Shown here piece after piece: positions 36,821 through 45,106 of a stretch of DNA of 64,000 nucleotides. Made by a program: the position numbers and the translations under genes. The stretch spans positions 1-64,000 of IMG/VR virus record IMGVR_UViG_3300027969_002881. The stretch is one strand, 5' to 3'. Source of the stretch: a virus. How positions within the stretch are numbered: the first letter of the stretch is position 1; every line of letters starts with the position of its first letter. The notes under the pieces were generated by a model. That model was not told where the DNA came from. It did no database searches and saw nothing but the letters and a program-made list of their open reading frames with translations.

Positions 36821-38055
36821 ACAAAACGGACCTAGGATATTACACCGTAAATGGTGTAAGTTTCAACACCAATAAAGTCGCGGCCATTTTAGAAGCACAA
36901 AGAGTAGGTGCCGATATAGAATGGCATTTCCATGATACAATCTTTAATTCTGTCGACTGGACTAAAGAACCTGAACCCTCACTGGACATGATGTACGAAG
37001 CCAGGGCGCGGCAAATCAGAGAAAAATATGATTATGTTATTGTATTTTGCAGCGGTGGTGCAGACAGTACGAATGTGATTAGAACATTTATGAATCATAA
37101 CATTCATGTTGACGAAGTTGTTGCAATGATTCCAGAATCTGGTCTAAACAACTATGATTCCAATGACAAAGATTTATCACCAACAAATCTGATGTCAGAA
37201 ACAAAATATGCACAATACCCAATTTTACATGAAGTATCTACACGTAGTCCAAGAACAAAAATTACGGTTATTGATATATTTAAAAATGTAGAGGCTGCAG
37301 AATCCGACTCGTGGATATTTGAAACTGAGGGTGATATGATCGATCTAGTAAGCCATAGTTATGGCAAATTAGATTCTGTGCCGCACTTAGTTGATATGGC
37401 GGAACGTGGTGTAAGTATTGCCGCTGTATGGGGTACAGATAAGCCGATTATTTCATTTATAGGTGATACTGTTGCTACTGTACTTGCAGATGGTCCCGCA
37501 TATCTGCCCAAATATCCGTTTAAAACAGCGTATCCAAATGTAGACAGAGTACTATTCTATTGGTCACATGATATGCCAGAATTAATGGTCAAACAGGCAC
37601 ATGTTGTTGCTAGAGAATTATTAAAGCCTGAAAATATAGCAGTTTATCAGGCTTGTATTGATATGACAAATTTCAGTAAAAGGCCACAGGTTGTAAATTC
37701 TGCAGATGATATTATTTCAAATATGCACAAGCCAAAATTTAATCCTGCAGGATACTATTCACCTAAGACAATTTTCCAACGTGGCATAGTACCATTTGTA
37801 TATCCAACAACCTGGGATAATAAAGTATTCCAAGTTAATAAATTTGATCTCACACAGACCTTCCTACCTGCGTTCGCAAGCTGGGTTTCAGAATTACATC
37901 TAGGGTCTAGGATAACTCAATTAATAGAAAGCGATTTCAAATCGTTCTATTCACAAATTTCACCAAAATACCTGAATCCAAATAAGTCAGGTTTTAGAAT
38001 GTGTGTTAAAATATTTCCTATTGGAAATAAATACAACTTTAAAAAGAAACTATGA
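36817..38055 (+). CDS. PP-loop (N-type ATP pyrophosphatase) protein
   Basis: YDYVIVFCSGGADS; paralogue of 33127..34305. Confidence 0.7.
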   Translation: MNKTDLGYYTVNGVSFNTNKVAAILEAQRVGADIEWHFHDTIFNSVDWTKEPEPSLDMMYEARARQIREKYDYVIVFCSGGADSTNVIRTFMNHNIHVDEVVAMIPESGLNNYDSNDKDLSPTNLMSETKYAQYPILHEVSTRSPRTKITVIDIFKNVEAAESDSWIFETEGDMIDLVSHSYGKLDSVPHLVDMAERGVSIAAVWGTDKPIISFIGDTVATVLADGPAYLPKYPFKTAYPNVDRVLFYWSHDMPELMVKQAHVVARELLKPENIAVYQACIDMTNFSKRPQVVNSADDIISNMHKPKFNPAGYYSPKTIFQRGIVPFVYPTTWDNKVFQVNKFDLTQTFLPAFASWVSELHLGSRITQLIESDFKSFYSQISPKYLNPNKSGFRMCVKIFPIGNKYNFKKKL

Positions 38056-38996
38056 AACAATTTAAAAAATTATTACTGTCATCTGTGCTGGCATTATCTA
38101 CACTGTTGTCTCATGCAGAACCCATCAAGTTAATAGTACCAGTGGCACCTGGCGGACTGGTAGACAATCTTGCCAGACTAGTTGCACCTGAACTAGCTAA
38201 AAAACTCAACACCACTATTGTAGTGGAAAATAAAGTAGGTGCCAGCGGATCTATTGGTACTGCATTCGTTGCAGGATCTGCTGCCAACGGTCAGACATTG
38301 GTAATAGGTAATAGCGGCACAATTAATGTGTACCCCATGTTGAATCCTGGCTTTGATGGATACAATTCAAAATCTTTTGTACCTGTATGTTTAATCGGTG
38401 GAGGCCCATTGGTATTAACTGCCAGTGGAGAAATACCTGCAACTAATTTAAAGGAATTACTGCAATACTTTAAAGAAAACCCAACTGCGGCAAGCTGGGC
38501 AAGTCCAGGAGTTGGAACACCACCGCACCTATTAGGCGAACAATTAAAATTTCAGTATAATATAAATTCCATGGTACATGTTCTTTACAAGGGCATGGCA
38601 CCAGCAGTGGCGGATGTTATAGGTAACAGAGTATCGTTGATGTTTGATCTATATGGTCCACAAATGGCGGGTCTAATTAATACGGGTAAATTAAAACCTA
38701 TCTTTGTAACAGACAGTAAACCTTTGGGAAATATCAGTGCCGCACCAGATGCATCTTTTCACGTAAGGGGCTGGCAAGGTTTATTTGTACCGGCAAGCAC
38801 TCCAGAATCAGTGTTAACAAAATTGCGGTCAGCTTGTGAAAGTGCCGTCAATGAATCTACAGTCAAGGACCAATTAGTTACACTAGGAACTCCGCCATTA
38901 AATATCAAGCCCAGTGATGCACAAAGCTACATTGACAATGATACTAAGAGATGGACTACCATTATTAATAGATTAGACCTCAAAGAAAAGAAATAA
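38052..38996 (+). CDS. Bug/TctC tripartite tricarboxylate transporter substrate-binding protein
   Basis: Signal peptide, PIKLIVPVAPGG..D..AR, VVENKVGASGSIG, HVLYKG, W.GLFVPASTP. Confidence 0.9.
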   Translation: MKQFKKLLLSSVLALSTLLSHAEPIKLIVPVAPGGLVDNLARLVAPELAKKLNTTIVVENKVGASGSIGTAFVAGSAANGQTLVIGNSGTINVYPMLNPGFDGYNSKSFVPVCLIGGGPLVLTASGEIPATNLKELLQYFKENPTAASWASPGVGTPPHLLGEQLKFQYNINSMVHVLYKGMAPAVADVIGNRVSLMFDLYGPQMAGLINTGKLKPIFVTDSKPLGNISAAPDASFHVRGWQGLFVPASTPESVLTKLRSACESAVNESTVKDQLVTLGTPPLNIKPSDAQSYIDNDTKRWTTIINRLDLKEKK

Positions 38997-39001
38997 ACTT
39001 T

Positions 39002-39928
39002 ATGAGCTTTGCATTTATTTTTCCAGGACACGGATCCGAAATGGCAGTAATGTTGGATTCATTGTCTTCAAGACAGGAAGTAAAGGATACTTTACAGGAA
39101 GCATCTGACATACTAGGGAGAGACTTCAATAAAATAATTGAAGAAGGATTACAAACATCCTTTTCCTTGCTACCAACAGCGGCGCCCGCCATGCTCACTG
39201 CTGGTGTTGCTGGATTTCGGGCATGGCAGGCATCCGGAGGACAACAACCTAGCATTGTTGCCGGACACAGTCATGGAGAATATTCTGCGTTAGTAGCATC
39301 TGGTGTTCTTTCTTTTAAAGATGCACTGGAAGCAGTTCAATATCGTGCAACACTCATGCAGGCCATCAAAGGCAGCATGGCTGCTGTAATAGGGCTCAGT
39401 GCTGTTAAGGTCTTAGAGTTATGCGCTAATATTAGAGATGAAACGGGAAAAGTTGTTGAAGCTATTAACTTTAACGCACCAGGACAAATATTAATTTCAG
39501 GCGACAAAGAGGCAGTAGAGTCAGCCATTATTGCCGCTGATGCCGCAGGGGCAAAAATAACTCGTAGACTGGGACTTGCTGTTCCTGCACATTCTTCCTT
39601 ATTAAGACCAGTTTCAACAAAGCTACACGAGTACTTTCAACAAATAGAGTTCCGCACTCCGTTGATACCTATTATTAATAATGTTGATGTTGCTGTACTA
39701 ACCAATCCAATAGATATCAAAGATGCAATGGCTAGACAAGTTTCAAGGCCTGTTCGCTGGCAGAAAATTATAGAATCAATGTCGTCTCAGGGAATTAAAC
39801 AAGTGGTTCAATGTGGGCCTGGTAATGTTCTACATGAGTTGACTATACGTATTGATAAAAACCTACACAGTATGGCTATTGTGGATGAATTAACTCTCAA
39901 CGAAGTTCTGCGAACTTTAAATACATGA
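39002..39928 (+). CDS. fabD: Malonyl-CoA:ACP transacylase-like acyltransferase with altered motifs
   Basis: FAFIFPGHGSE (canonical PGQGSQ), GHSHGEY (canonical GHSLGEY), conserved Arg, INFNAPGQ, AHS, GPGNVL. Confidence 0.85.
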   Translation: MSFAFIFPGHGSEMAVMLDSLSSRQEVKDTLQEASDILGRDFNKIIEEGLQTSFSLLPTAAPAMLTAGVAGFRAWQASGGQQPSIVAGHSHGEYSALVASGVLSFKDALEAVQYRATLMQAIKGSMAAVIGLSAVKVLELCANIRDETGKVVEAINFNAPGQILISGDKEAVESAIIAADAAGAKITRRLGLAVPAHSSLLRPVSTKLHEYFQQIEFRTPLIPIINNVDVAVLTNPIDIKDAMARQVSRPVRWQKIIESMSSQGIKQVVQCGPGNVLHELTIRIDKNLHSMAIVDELTLNEVLRTLNT

Positions 39929-40647
39929 CCAAAGAAAAATTAATTGACCTCTTTACTACGACAGGCTATGACGTTTTTAAAAATATTGTAGATGTTAAAC
40001 TTATAGAATCAATTAATAGAAAAGTAGATCTATTGGTGCCGCATCGTGGTCATGCCATGGATCACAAATACTACCCTGCTGATAAAGTAGCGGAATGTAA
40101 TGATCTGGCAGTGTGGTGGAGTCAAGAACTAAGCGGGTGGCCAGAGGTTCAAGAGATTACTCGTCAACTTATTGATGTAATTGGAGTAATGTTCGACGAA
40201 CCTAGCTCGTACATTGCAGACATCATTACCAATGAACCAGGTAATACGCATATCAAACCTCACATAGACAGTCCTTACCGATTCCCCAAATGGTGGAATG
40301 AAGATGAATTACTGGGCGTACAATGTATATTGCCATTGTGTGAATTCACCAAAGAGAATGGCAGTACTGGAGTGCTACCAAATAGTCATAATACTCGCTG
40401 GGTAGTCAAAGATAGTTATGCCGGAAAGTACAATGAAGAATTTTTGGCGGGTGTGGACCAACCAAAAATGGCACCAGGTGACGCACTAATTTATCATCCA
40501 CGCACACTTCACAGCACAATGCCAAATAATACTGATGTTCCACGTAGAGCTTTGCTTATCCATATAACCAGCAAAGAAATGGCTCGCCTGTTAAAATTGG
40601 AAGATACAATTTGGCAAGAAGAATCAAAAAAGATGTCATCTGTGTAA
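39925..40647 (+). CDS. PhyH-family 2OG-Fe(II) dioxygenase
   Basis: PHID (HxD), TLHSTMPN (distal His), RRALL. Confidence 0.85.
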   Translation: MTKEKLIDLFTTTGYDVFKNIVDVKLIESINRKVDLLVPHRGHAMDHKYYPADKVAECNDLAVWWSQELSGWPEVQEITRQLIDVIGVMFDEPSSYIADIITNEPGNTHIKPHIDSPYRFPKWWNEDELLGVQCILPLCEFTKENGSTGVLPNSHNTRWVVKDSYAGKYNEEFLAGVDQPKMAPGDALIYHPRTLHSTMPNNTDVPRRALLIHITSKEMARLLKLEDTIWQEESKKMSSV

Positions 40648-40727
40648 ACGAAATACCGAGCTGCCGCGTTATATATATGTAGGGACAAAAATGTCACTAT
40701 AGTTCATTAATCAAAAGGAAACTTAAA

Positions 40728-41024
40728 ATGAAAAATCTTATCGCTACACTAATCGTTGCAGTTGCCGCAACATCTGCTTTTGCTCAAGCACCTGCTAAGA
40801 CAGAAGAAATTAAGAAGCCTGCTGCCGCTACAGCAGCCGCTCCTGCACCTGCTACACCAAAGGAAATGCCTAAGGTTGATAAGCCAAAGACAAAAGCTGA
40901 AAAAGAAGCTGAGGCAAAGGCAGCTAAACCAGCAGACACTAAAAGTGCTACACCTGCACCAGCACCTGCTGTCAAAGCAGACGAAAAGGCTCCTGCTAAG
41001 CCTGCCACAGCACCAACTAAGTAA
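40728..41024 (+). CDS. Secreted Ala/Pro/Lys-rich disordered protein
   Basis: Signal peptide MKNLIATLIVAVAATSAFA followed by low-complexity A/P/K; SD AAGGA. Confidence 0.8.
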   Translation: MKNLIATLIVAVAATSAFAQAPAKTEEIKKPAAATAAAPAPATPKEMPKVDKPKTKAEKEAEAKAAKPADTKSATPAPAPAVKADEKAPAKPATAPTK

Positions 41025-41193
41025 TTTAGAATTAAACGATGAAGACTATGATGGTGGTTCCGACGACATAGTTCTTCATTGTGGCTACGTTAGACCTAGA
41101 CTTATTACTGTTGATTTAGACAATGATGATGTCAGTGATTATGTAGCACAGAGATTGGCAATAGCCCGTGAAAAGGCTATGATGGCATATAAA

Positions 41194-41224
41194 GAAAAAT
41201 GGGCTTAATTGCCCATTTTCTTTT
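41194..41224 (+). terminator. Rho-independent terminator
   Basis: AAAATGGGC-TTAATT-GCCCATTTT followed by CTTTT. Confidence 0.75.
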
Positions 41225-41225
41225 A

Positions 41226-41254
41226 TTGACACAAATTGATTTTGGTGCTATAAT
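41226..41254 (+). promoter_or_regulatory. Early sigma70 promoter cassette 1
   Basis: TTGACA-CAAAT...-17-TATAAT. Confidence 0.85.
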
Positions 41255-41259
41255 ATAGC

Positions 41260-41502
41260 ATGACTAAAGAAAAAGTAAACGATATTATTCAATGGTCCGG
41301 TGCGTTTTTTATCACAGCCGGACACGTTCTTAATACACTTGGTAGCTCATATCACCAGGATCTGTGGAACATTGCGGCATTTGCAGTTGGAACAACCTTG
41401 TTCCTAACATGGACAATCCGTGTTGTAAATAAGCCACAGATGGCTGTGAATATAGCCGCACTGGCTACGATGGCTGTGGGCTTGTATAAAGCCTTTAATT
41501 GA
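41260..41502 (+). CDS. Small three-TM membrane protein
   Basis: Hydrophobic; architecture like 12481..12720. Confidence 0.65.
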   Translation: MTKEKVNDIIQWSGAFFITAGHVLNTLGSSYHQDLWNIAAFAVGTTLFLTWTIRVVNKPQMAVNIAALATMAVGLYKAFN

Positions 41503-41527
41503 CACAAATTGGTTTTGGCGTTATAAT
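41499..41527 (+). promoter_or_regulatory. Early sigma70 promoter cassette 2
   Basis: TTGACA-CAAAT...-17-TATAAT. Confidence 0.85.
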
Positions 41528-41557
41528 ACATATATAGTAACAAAACAGGAGCAAAAG

Positions 41558-41839
41558 ATGTCCTACGTAATCGTTTCCAAAGGCACAGGCCTTATTGTAA
41601 CAGATGGCCCTAATTACACTAAGGCTTACAAAACTTTTAGTGCCGCTAAAGCCACTCGCACTCGTTTGTGCAACAAAGCAGGCTGGAGCGAAAGCGACTT
41701 GAGCATTGTTGCTCGTGAAACTTATCGTGCGCCAGGTAGGATCACTGTTAAGAACTTGATGACTGGCAAATTGGTAGAAATCGATGCTGATACTCCTTGG
41801 GCTTGCCGAGTTGACAGCGAATCTTTTTGGTGTAATTGA
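41558..41839 (+). CDS. Early hypothetical protein
   Basis: SD CAGGAG; C-terminal VKNLMTGK...DTPWAC...SESFW. Confidence 0.75.
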   Translation: MSYVIVSKGTGLIVTDGPNYTKAYKTFSAAKATRTRLCNKAGWSESDLSIVARETYRAPGRITVKNLMTGKLVEIDADTPWACRVDSESFWCN

Positions 41840-41864
41840 CACAAATTGGCAATTTTGCTACAAT
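41836..41864 (+). promoter_or_regulatory. Early sigma70 promoter cassette 3
   Basis: TTGACA-CAAAT...-17-TACAAT. Confidence 0.85.
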
Positions 41865-41891
41865 ACATATATTAACAAAACAGGAGTCAAA

Positions 41892-42101
41892 ATGACAAAA
41901 TTTTCCATAGTTAAACCCGAACTGATTAAACAAGCCCTTCGTAAGAAAGCAAACGGTCAAAAGCATATTGCTCGTACAAAAATTGTCGAGGTCGCAGAAC
42001 ATATTACAGACGAAGTGGTTACATTTCTGACAGTAGACAATATGAACGAACTTGCTATGGCAGTAGGCGGCACTTATAAAGACGGCAAAATCATATTTTA
42101 A
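41892..42101 (+). CDS. Early hypothetical protein
   Basis: Start ATG 41892 after SD CAGGAG, downstream of the promoter. Confidence 0.7.
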   Translation: MTKFSIVKPELIKQALRKKANGQKHIARTKIVEVAEHITDEVVTFLTVDNMNELAMAVGGTYKDGKIIF

Positions 42102-42105
42102 TATT

Positions 42106-42366
42106 ATGATTAATATCAACGGATTAACTCATGAACAGGTCGAGATGCTGGATATCATCTGGGGTTTCGACACCAAAGAAGAATACAACGATTGGATGGA
42201 AAACTTGGATATTGAAGAATACAACATGTGCCGTGGCCTGATGGAATTGCTGACTTTGGCTATTCTTGATGAATCTCTTGAGAGCCGAGGCCGGCCGGCA
42301 GATCGCTATAAAGATGCAAACAAAGTTATCAATCAAGTTAAATCAAAGTTGACACAAAATAAATAA
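42106..42366 (+). CDS. Early hypothetical protein
   Basis: ORF from the track. Confidence 0.7.
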   Translation: MININGLTHEQVEMLDIIWGFDTKEEYNDWMENLDIEEYNMCRGLMELLTLAILDESLESRGRPADRYKDANKVINQVKSKLTQNK

Positions 42367-42377
42367 TCCATTATAAT
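42349..42377 (+). promoter_or_regulatory. Early sigma70 promoter cassette 4
   Basis: TTGACA-CAAAA...-17-TATAAT. Confidence 0.8.
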
Positions 42378-42397
42378 ATGGATTGTTAGGAAGAATT

Positions 42398-42562
42398 ATG
42401 AAACGAGAAATTATCACTGCTAAAGTTCCAAAACAAAAGCGACGTGCTGACTTCTTGTTCCATGATGGGCAGTTCAAGCCAAAGTGTGTTCAAAGCAAAG
42501 TTTTATACAATCGTAAAAAATTGGTAAAACTTAACATTGACACAAATGGTAAAGACTGCTAA
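42398..42562 (+). CDS. Small basic protein (54 aa, not in ORF track), possibly ArfA-like
   Basis: MKREIITAKVPKQKRRADFLFHDGQFKPKCVQSKVLYNRKKLVK...; SD AGGA. Confidence 0.55.
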   Translation: MKREIITAKVPKQKRRADFLFHDGQFKPKCVQSKVLYNRKKLVKLNIDTNGKDC

Positions 42563-42565
42563 AAT
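42537..42565 (+). promoter_or_regulatory. Early sigma70 promoter cassette 5
   Basis: TTGACA-CAAAT...-17-TAAAAT. Confidence 0.75.
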
Positions 42566-42631
42566 AACGGTATGATAAGCAATAGTGCATGTCATACATT
42601 TTACACACACAGAGAAAAGGTAAATTTCAAA

Positions 42632-42889
42632 ATGGCTACTTCTAAACTTTTTACAGTTATCGGCGTTTCAACACTTGCAGGCAAAACTAAAGTTCGCTTT
42701 GCTAACGACCTCGCCACTCGTATTAAAAACTTGGTCAAGAACGGACACACTAATATTGAGTTGTTCGAACTGCCAACAGCAATGACCAAAGAGGCTGGTC
42801 TTGCTTATGCTAAGGCAAACTCCTTGTTTGCTATTCCTGCAGACACAGACACTTCTGCAGAAGATGTTATTGCCGCAGTTAGTAAGTAA
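42632..42889 (+). CDS. Early hypothetical protein
   Basis: Start ATG 42632 (MATSKLFTV...) lies downstream of the promoter. Confidence 0.7.
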   Translation: MATSKLFTVIGVSTLAGKTKVRFANDLATRIKNLVKNGHTNIELFELPTAMTKEAGLAYAKANSLFAIPADTDTSAEDVIAAVSK

Positions 42890-42902
42890 TAGCATATTAT
42901 AT

Positions 42903-42928
42903 GCAGGGGTGTTCTGCCCCTGCTTTTT
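42903..42928 (+). terminator. Rho-independent terminator
   Basis: GCAGGGG-TGTTCTG-CCCCTGC-TTTTT. Confidence 0.8.
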
Positions 42929-42944
42929 AATTTTATAAGGAAGT

Positions 42945-43175
42945 GTGATGCTGACTAAACAAGAGATAGAATATATACAGGCTGCACCTGCTCCTGGCAT
43001 AGTATTCCAAACATTAAATGATATATTACAGTGGGAAGGTTGGAACAGTCCAACTCATAAAGGCTGGGTCTGCTGGGCTGTAGAACAAAGCCTAATTGCC
43101 AAAGGCTTACTTGTTAAAGTAAGTGGCGGCCGTGGTCGCGGTCGTAAAAATCATTTCATGTTAAAAGCCTTTTAA
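42945..43175 (+). CDS. Hypothetical protein
   Basis: ORF from the track. Confidence 0.6.
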   Translation: MMLTKQEIEYIQAAPAPGIVFQTLNDILQWEGWNSPTHKGWVCWAVEQSLIAKGLLVKVSGGRGRGRKNHFMLKAF

Positions 43176-43184
43176 AAAGGAAGC

Positions 43185-43406
43185 GTGATGAGCAGACTCC
43201 AATTACATGGTAGACAATTTATGGTGTTCGATCCCAGTGACAAACAACACCGCAAGTGGTTCGCCGATTTTAACAAGAACAGATCATGGTCTCGCTGTCC
43301 AGTTCGTTTTGTGGTCAATGACGACCATGGTGATTTGGTCACCCAAATCCAAAGAGAGTTAATCCAACATTATGTTGACAAAGAATTTAAATCCATTAAA
43401 GAATAA
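43185..43406 (+). CDS. Hypothetical protein
   Basis: ORF from the track. Confidence 0.65.
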   Translation: MMSRLQLHGRQFMVFDPSDKQHRKWFADFNKNRSWSRCPVRFVVNDDHGDLVTQIQRELIQHYVDKEFKSIKE

Positions 43407-43407
43407 T

Positions 43408-43518
43408 ATGACACAACCTGTTACACACAAAGTCGGCGACAAAGTTCGCAGTTCAACTGGCGGCACGATCACTTACACAACGACAGGTCTAATCCATACA
43501 ATGTCGAAGAATCGTTAA
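43408..43518 (+). CDS. 36-aa mini-protein (not in ORF track)
   Basis: MTQPVTHKVGDKVRSSTGGTITYTTTGLIHTMSKNR; fills the gap between a stop codon and the next promoter. Confidence 0.5.
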   Translation: MTQPVTHKVGDKVRSSTGGTITYTTTGLIHTMSKNR

Positions 43519-43547
43519 TTGACACAAATTAAGATTTTAGATATAAT
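43519..43547 (+). promoter_or_regulatory. Early sigma70 promoter cassette 6
   Basis: TTGACA-CAAAT...-17-TATAAT. Confidence 0.85.
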
Positions 43548-43577
43548 AGACACATAGTTTAACAAAAGGAGTTAGTA

Positions 43578-44687
43578 ATGGCAAAGCGTGAACAGGCAAG
43601 TGAAGCCCGTACAGTAAAAATTAGTGAGGCAAAGCGGTACATCCGCCATGCTATGAAGGCTAAACGACCCGTATTTCTATGGGGTCCTCCAGGCGTAGGT
43701 AAATCCGACCTTGCCGCACAATTGGCAGAAGACATGGGCGGCGCACTTATTGACGTGCGTTTGAACTTGTGGGAACCTACAGACATTAAAGGTATCCCTT
43801 ATTACAATGCTAAAGAGAATGTTATGAGCTGGGCTCCCCCAGCAGAACTGCCCACTAAAGAGTTTGCTAAGAAGCATCCCGTGGTAGTCTTGTTCTTGGA
43901 CGAGCTAGCAGGTGCCGCACCTGCGGTACAGGCCGCGGCTTACCAACTTATCCTTAACCGCAAGGTAGGCACATATGAACTGCCAGACAATGTTGTTATT
44001 ATGGCGGCTGGTAACCGGATGTCCGACAAAGGTGTAACTTATCGTATGCCAACGCCGTTGGCTAACCGTTTTGTACACTTTGAACTTCGCGTGGACTTTG
44101 CGGACTGGAACGTGTGGGCTTTGAAGAACCGTATACATCCAGACGTAGTTGGTTATTTGAACTACCAAAAAGGTGACCTCTACAACTTTGATCCCACAGT
44201 ACACGACCGTAGCTTTGCTACTCCACGTAGCTGGAGTTTTGTGTCGGATCTTATTGATGACGAGATGACAGACAACGAGCAGACCGATATGGTATGTGGT
44301 TGTATTGGTGAAGGACTTGCTATTAAGTTTATGGCTCATCGTAAGATTAGCGCAGACTTGCCTAACCCCGCAGACATTCTTGCTGGTAAAGTTAAAGAGC
44401 TTAAGGTTAAAGAAGTGTCCGCTATGTACAGTTTGACAACTGGCATGTGCTACGAGCTCAAAGACAACTACGAGAACGCTAAGAAGAGCGGCAAGCTGGA
44501 CACATGGCACTCTAACTGTGAAAACTTTATCCAGTTTATGATGGATAATTTTGAGGCAGAGATGGTTATTATGGGTGCCCATACAGCACTTAAGAATTAC
44601 AACTTGCCCTTTGACCACAAGAAGCTTAAGAACTTCCCGGACTTCTTTAAACGCTATGCTCACTTGGTAGTGGATGTATCCAATTAA
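43578..44687 (+). CDS. MoxR-like AAA+ ATPase
   Basis: GPPGVGKS (Walker A), LFLDE (Walker B), AAGN, PLANRF. Confidence 0.88.
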   Translation: MAKREQASEARTVKISEAKRYIRHAMKAKRPVFLWGPPGVGKSDLAAQLAEDMGGALIDVRLNLWEPTDIKGIPYYNAKENVMSWAPPAELPTKEFAKKHPVVVLFLDELAGAAPAVQAAAYQLILNRKVGTYELPDNVVIMAAGNRMSDKGVTYRMPTPLANRFVHFELRVDFADWNVWALKNRIHPDVVGYLNYQKGDLYNFDPTVHDRSFATPRSWSFVSDLIDDEMTDNEQTDMVCGCIGEGLAIKFMAHRKISADLPNPADILAGKVKELKVKEVSAMYSLTTGMCYELKDNYENAKKSGKLDTWHSNCENFIQFMMDNFEAEMVIMGAHTALKNYNLPFDHKKLKNFPDFFKRYAHLVVDVSN

Positions 44688-45054
44688 AGAATCTGAGAAC
44701 AAACGAAAGGCCTTGGAAGTGTTAAACTTCTGGGTGCCTGACGAAGAGAAGAAAGACTTAATTCCTTTTTTGGATGGTACAGTAGACTTAGTATATGGTG
44801 GATTGGATTATGCCAGAAGTGTGATAGGTACTGACAAAATTACAAGAAGCATGATCATTGACTACTTTGAACATGCTCAAACTACTTGGCCAAAGACAAC
44901 TATGCCTATAGGTGTTTCTAGGGCGTTAGTAAAAAGTTGGTGTAAAGAACTAGGCATTAAACCTTTACACTATTATTCTACAATGCATAATAGATATATT
45001 TGGTTTAAAGAAGAGCAGGACTCTTTTGCTTTCAAATTAAAATTTGGTTTGTAA
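44674..45054 (+). CDS. Hypothetical protein
   Basis: ORF from the track. Confidence 0.6.
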   Translation: MYPIKESENKRKALEVLNFWVPDEEKKDLIPFLDGTVDLVYGGLDYARSVIGTDKITRSMIIDYFEHAQTTWPKTTMPIGVSRALVKSWCKELGIKPLHYYSTMHNRYIWFKEEQDSFAFKLKFGL

Positions 45055-45083
45055 TTGACACAAATATATTTTGCATATATAAT
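45055..45083 (+). promoter_or_regulatory. Early sigma70 promoter cassette 7
   Basis: TTGACA-CAAAT...-17-TATAAT. Confidence 0.85.
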
Positions 45084-45106
45084 ATATACATTAGTAAGGA
45101 ATACAT

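Noticed and set aside
40756-41024. 150-aa ORF 40756..41208 as a single real gene
   Set aside because: The 5' part is a Leu/Gln/His-rich frame shadow of the A/P/K-rich gene; only the part after 41024 looks coding (reported separately).
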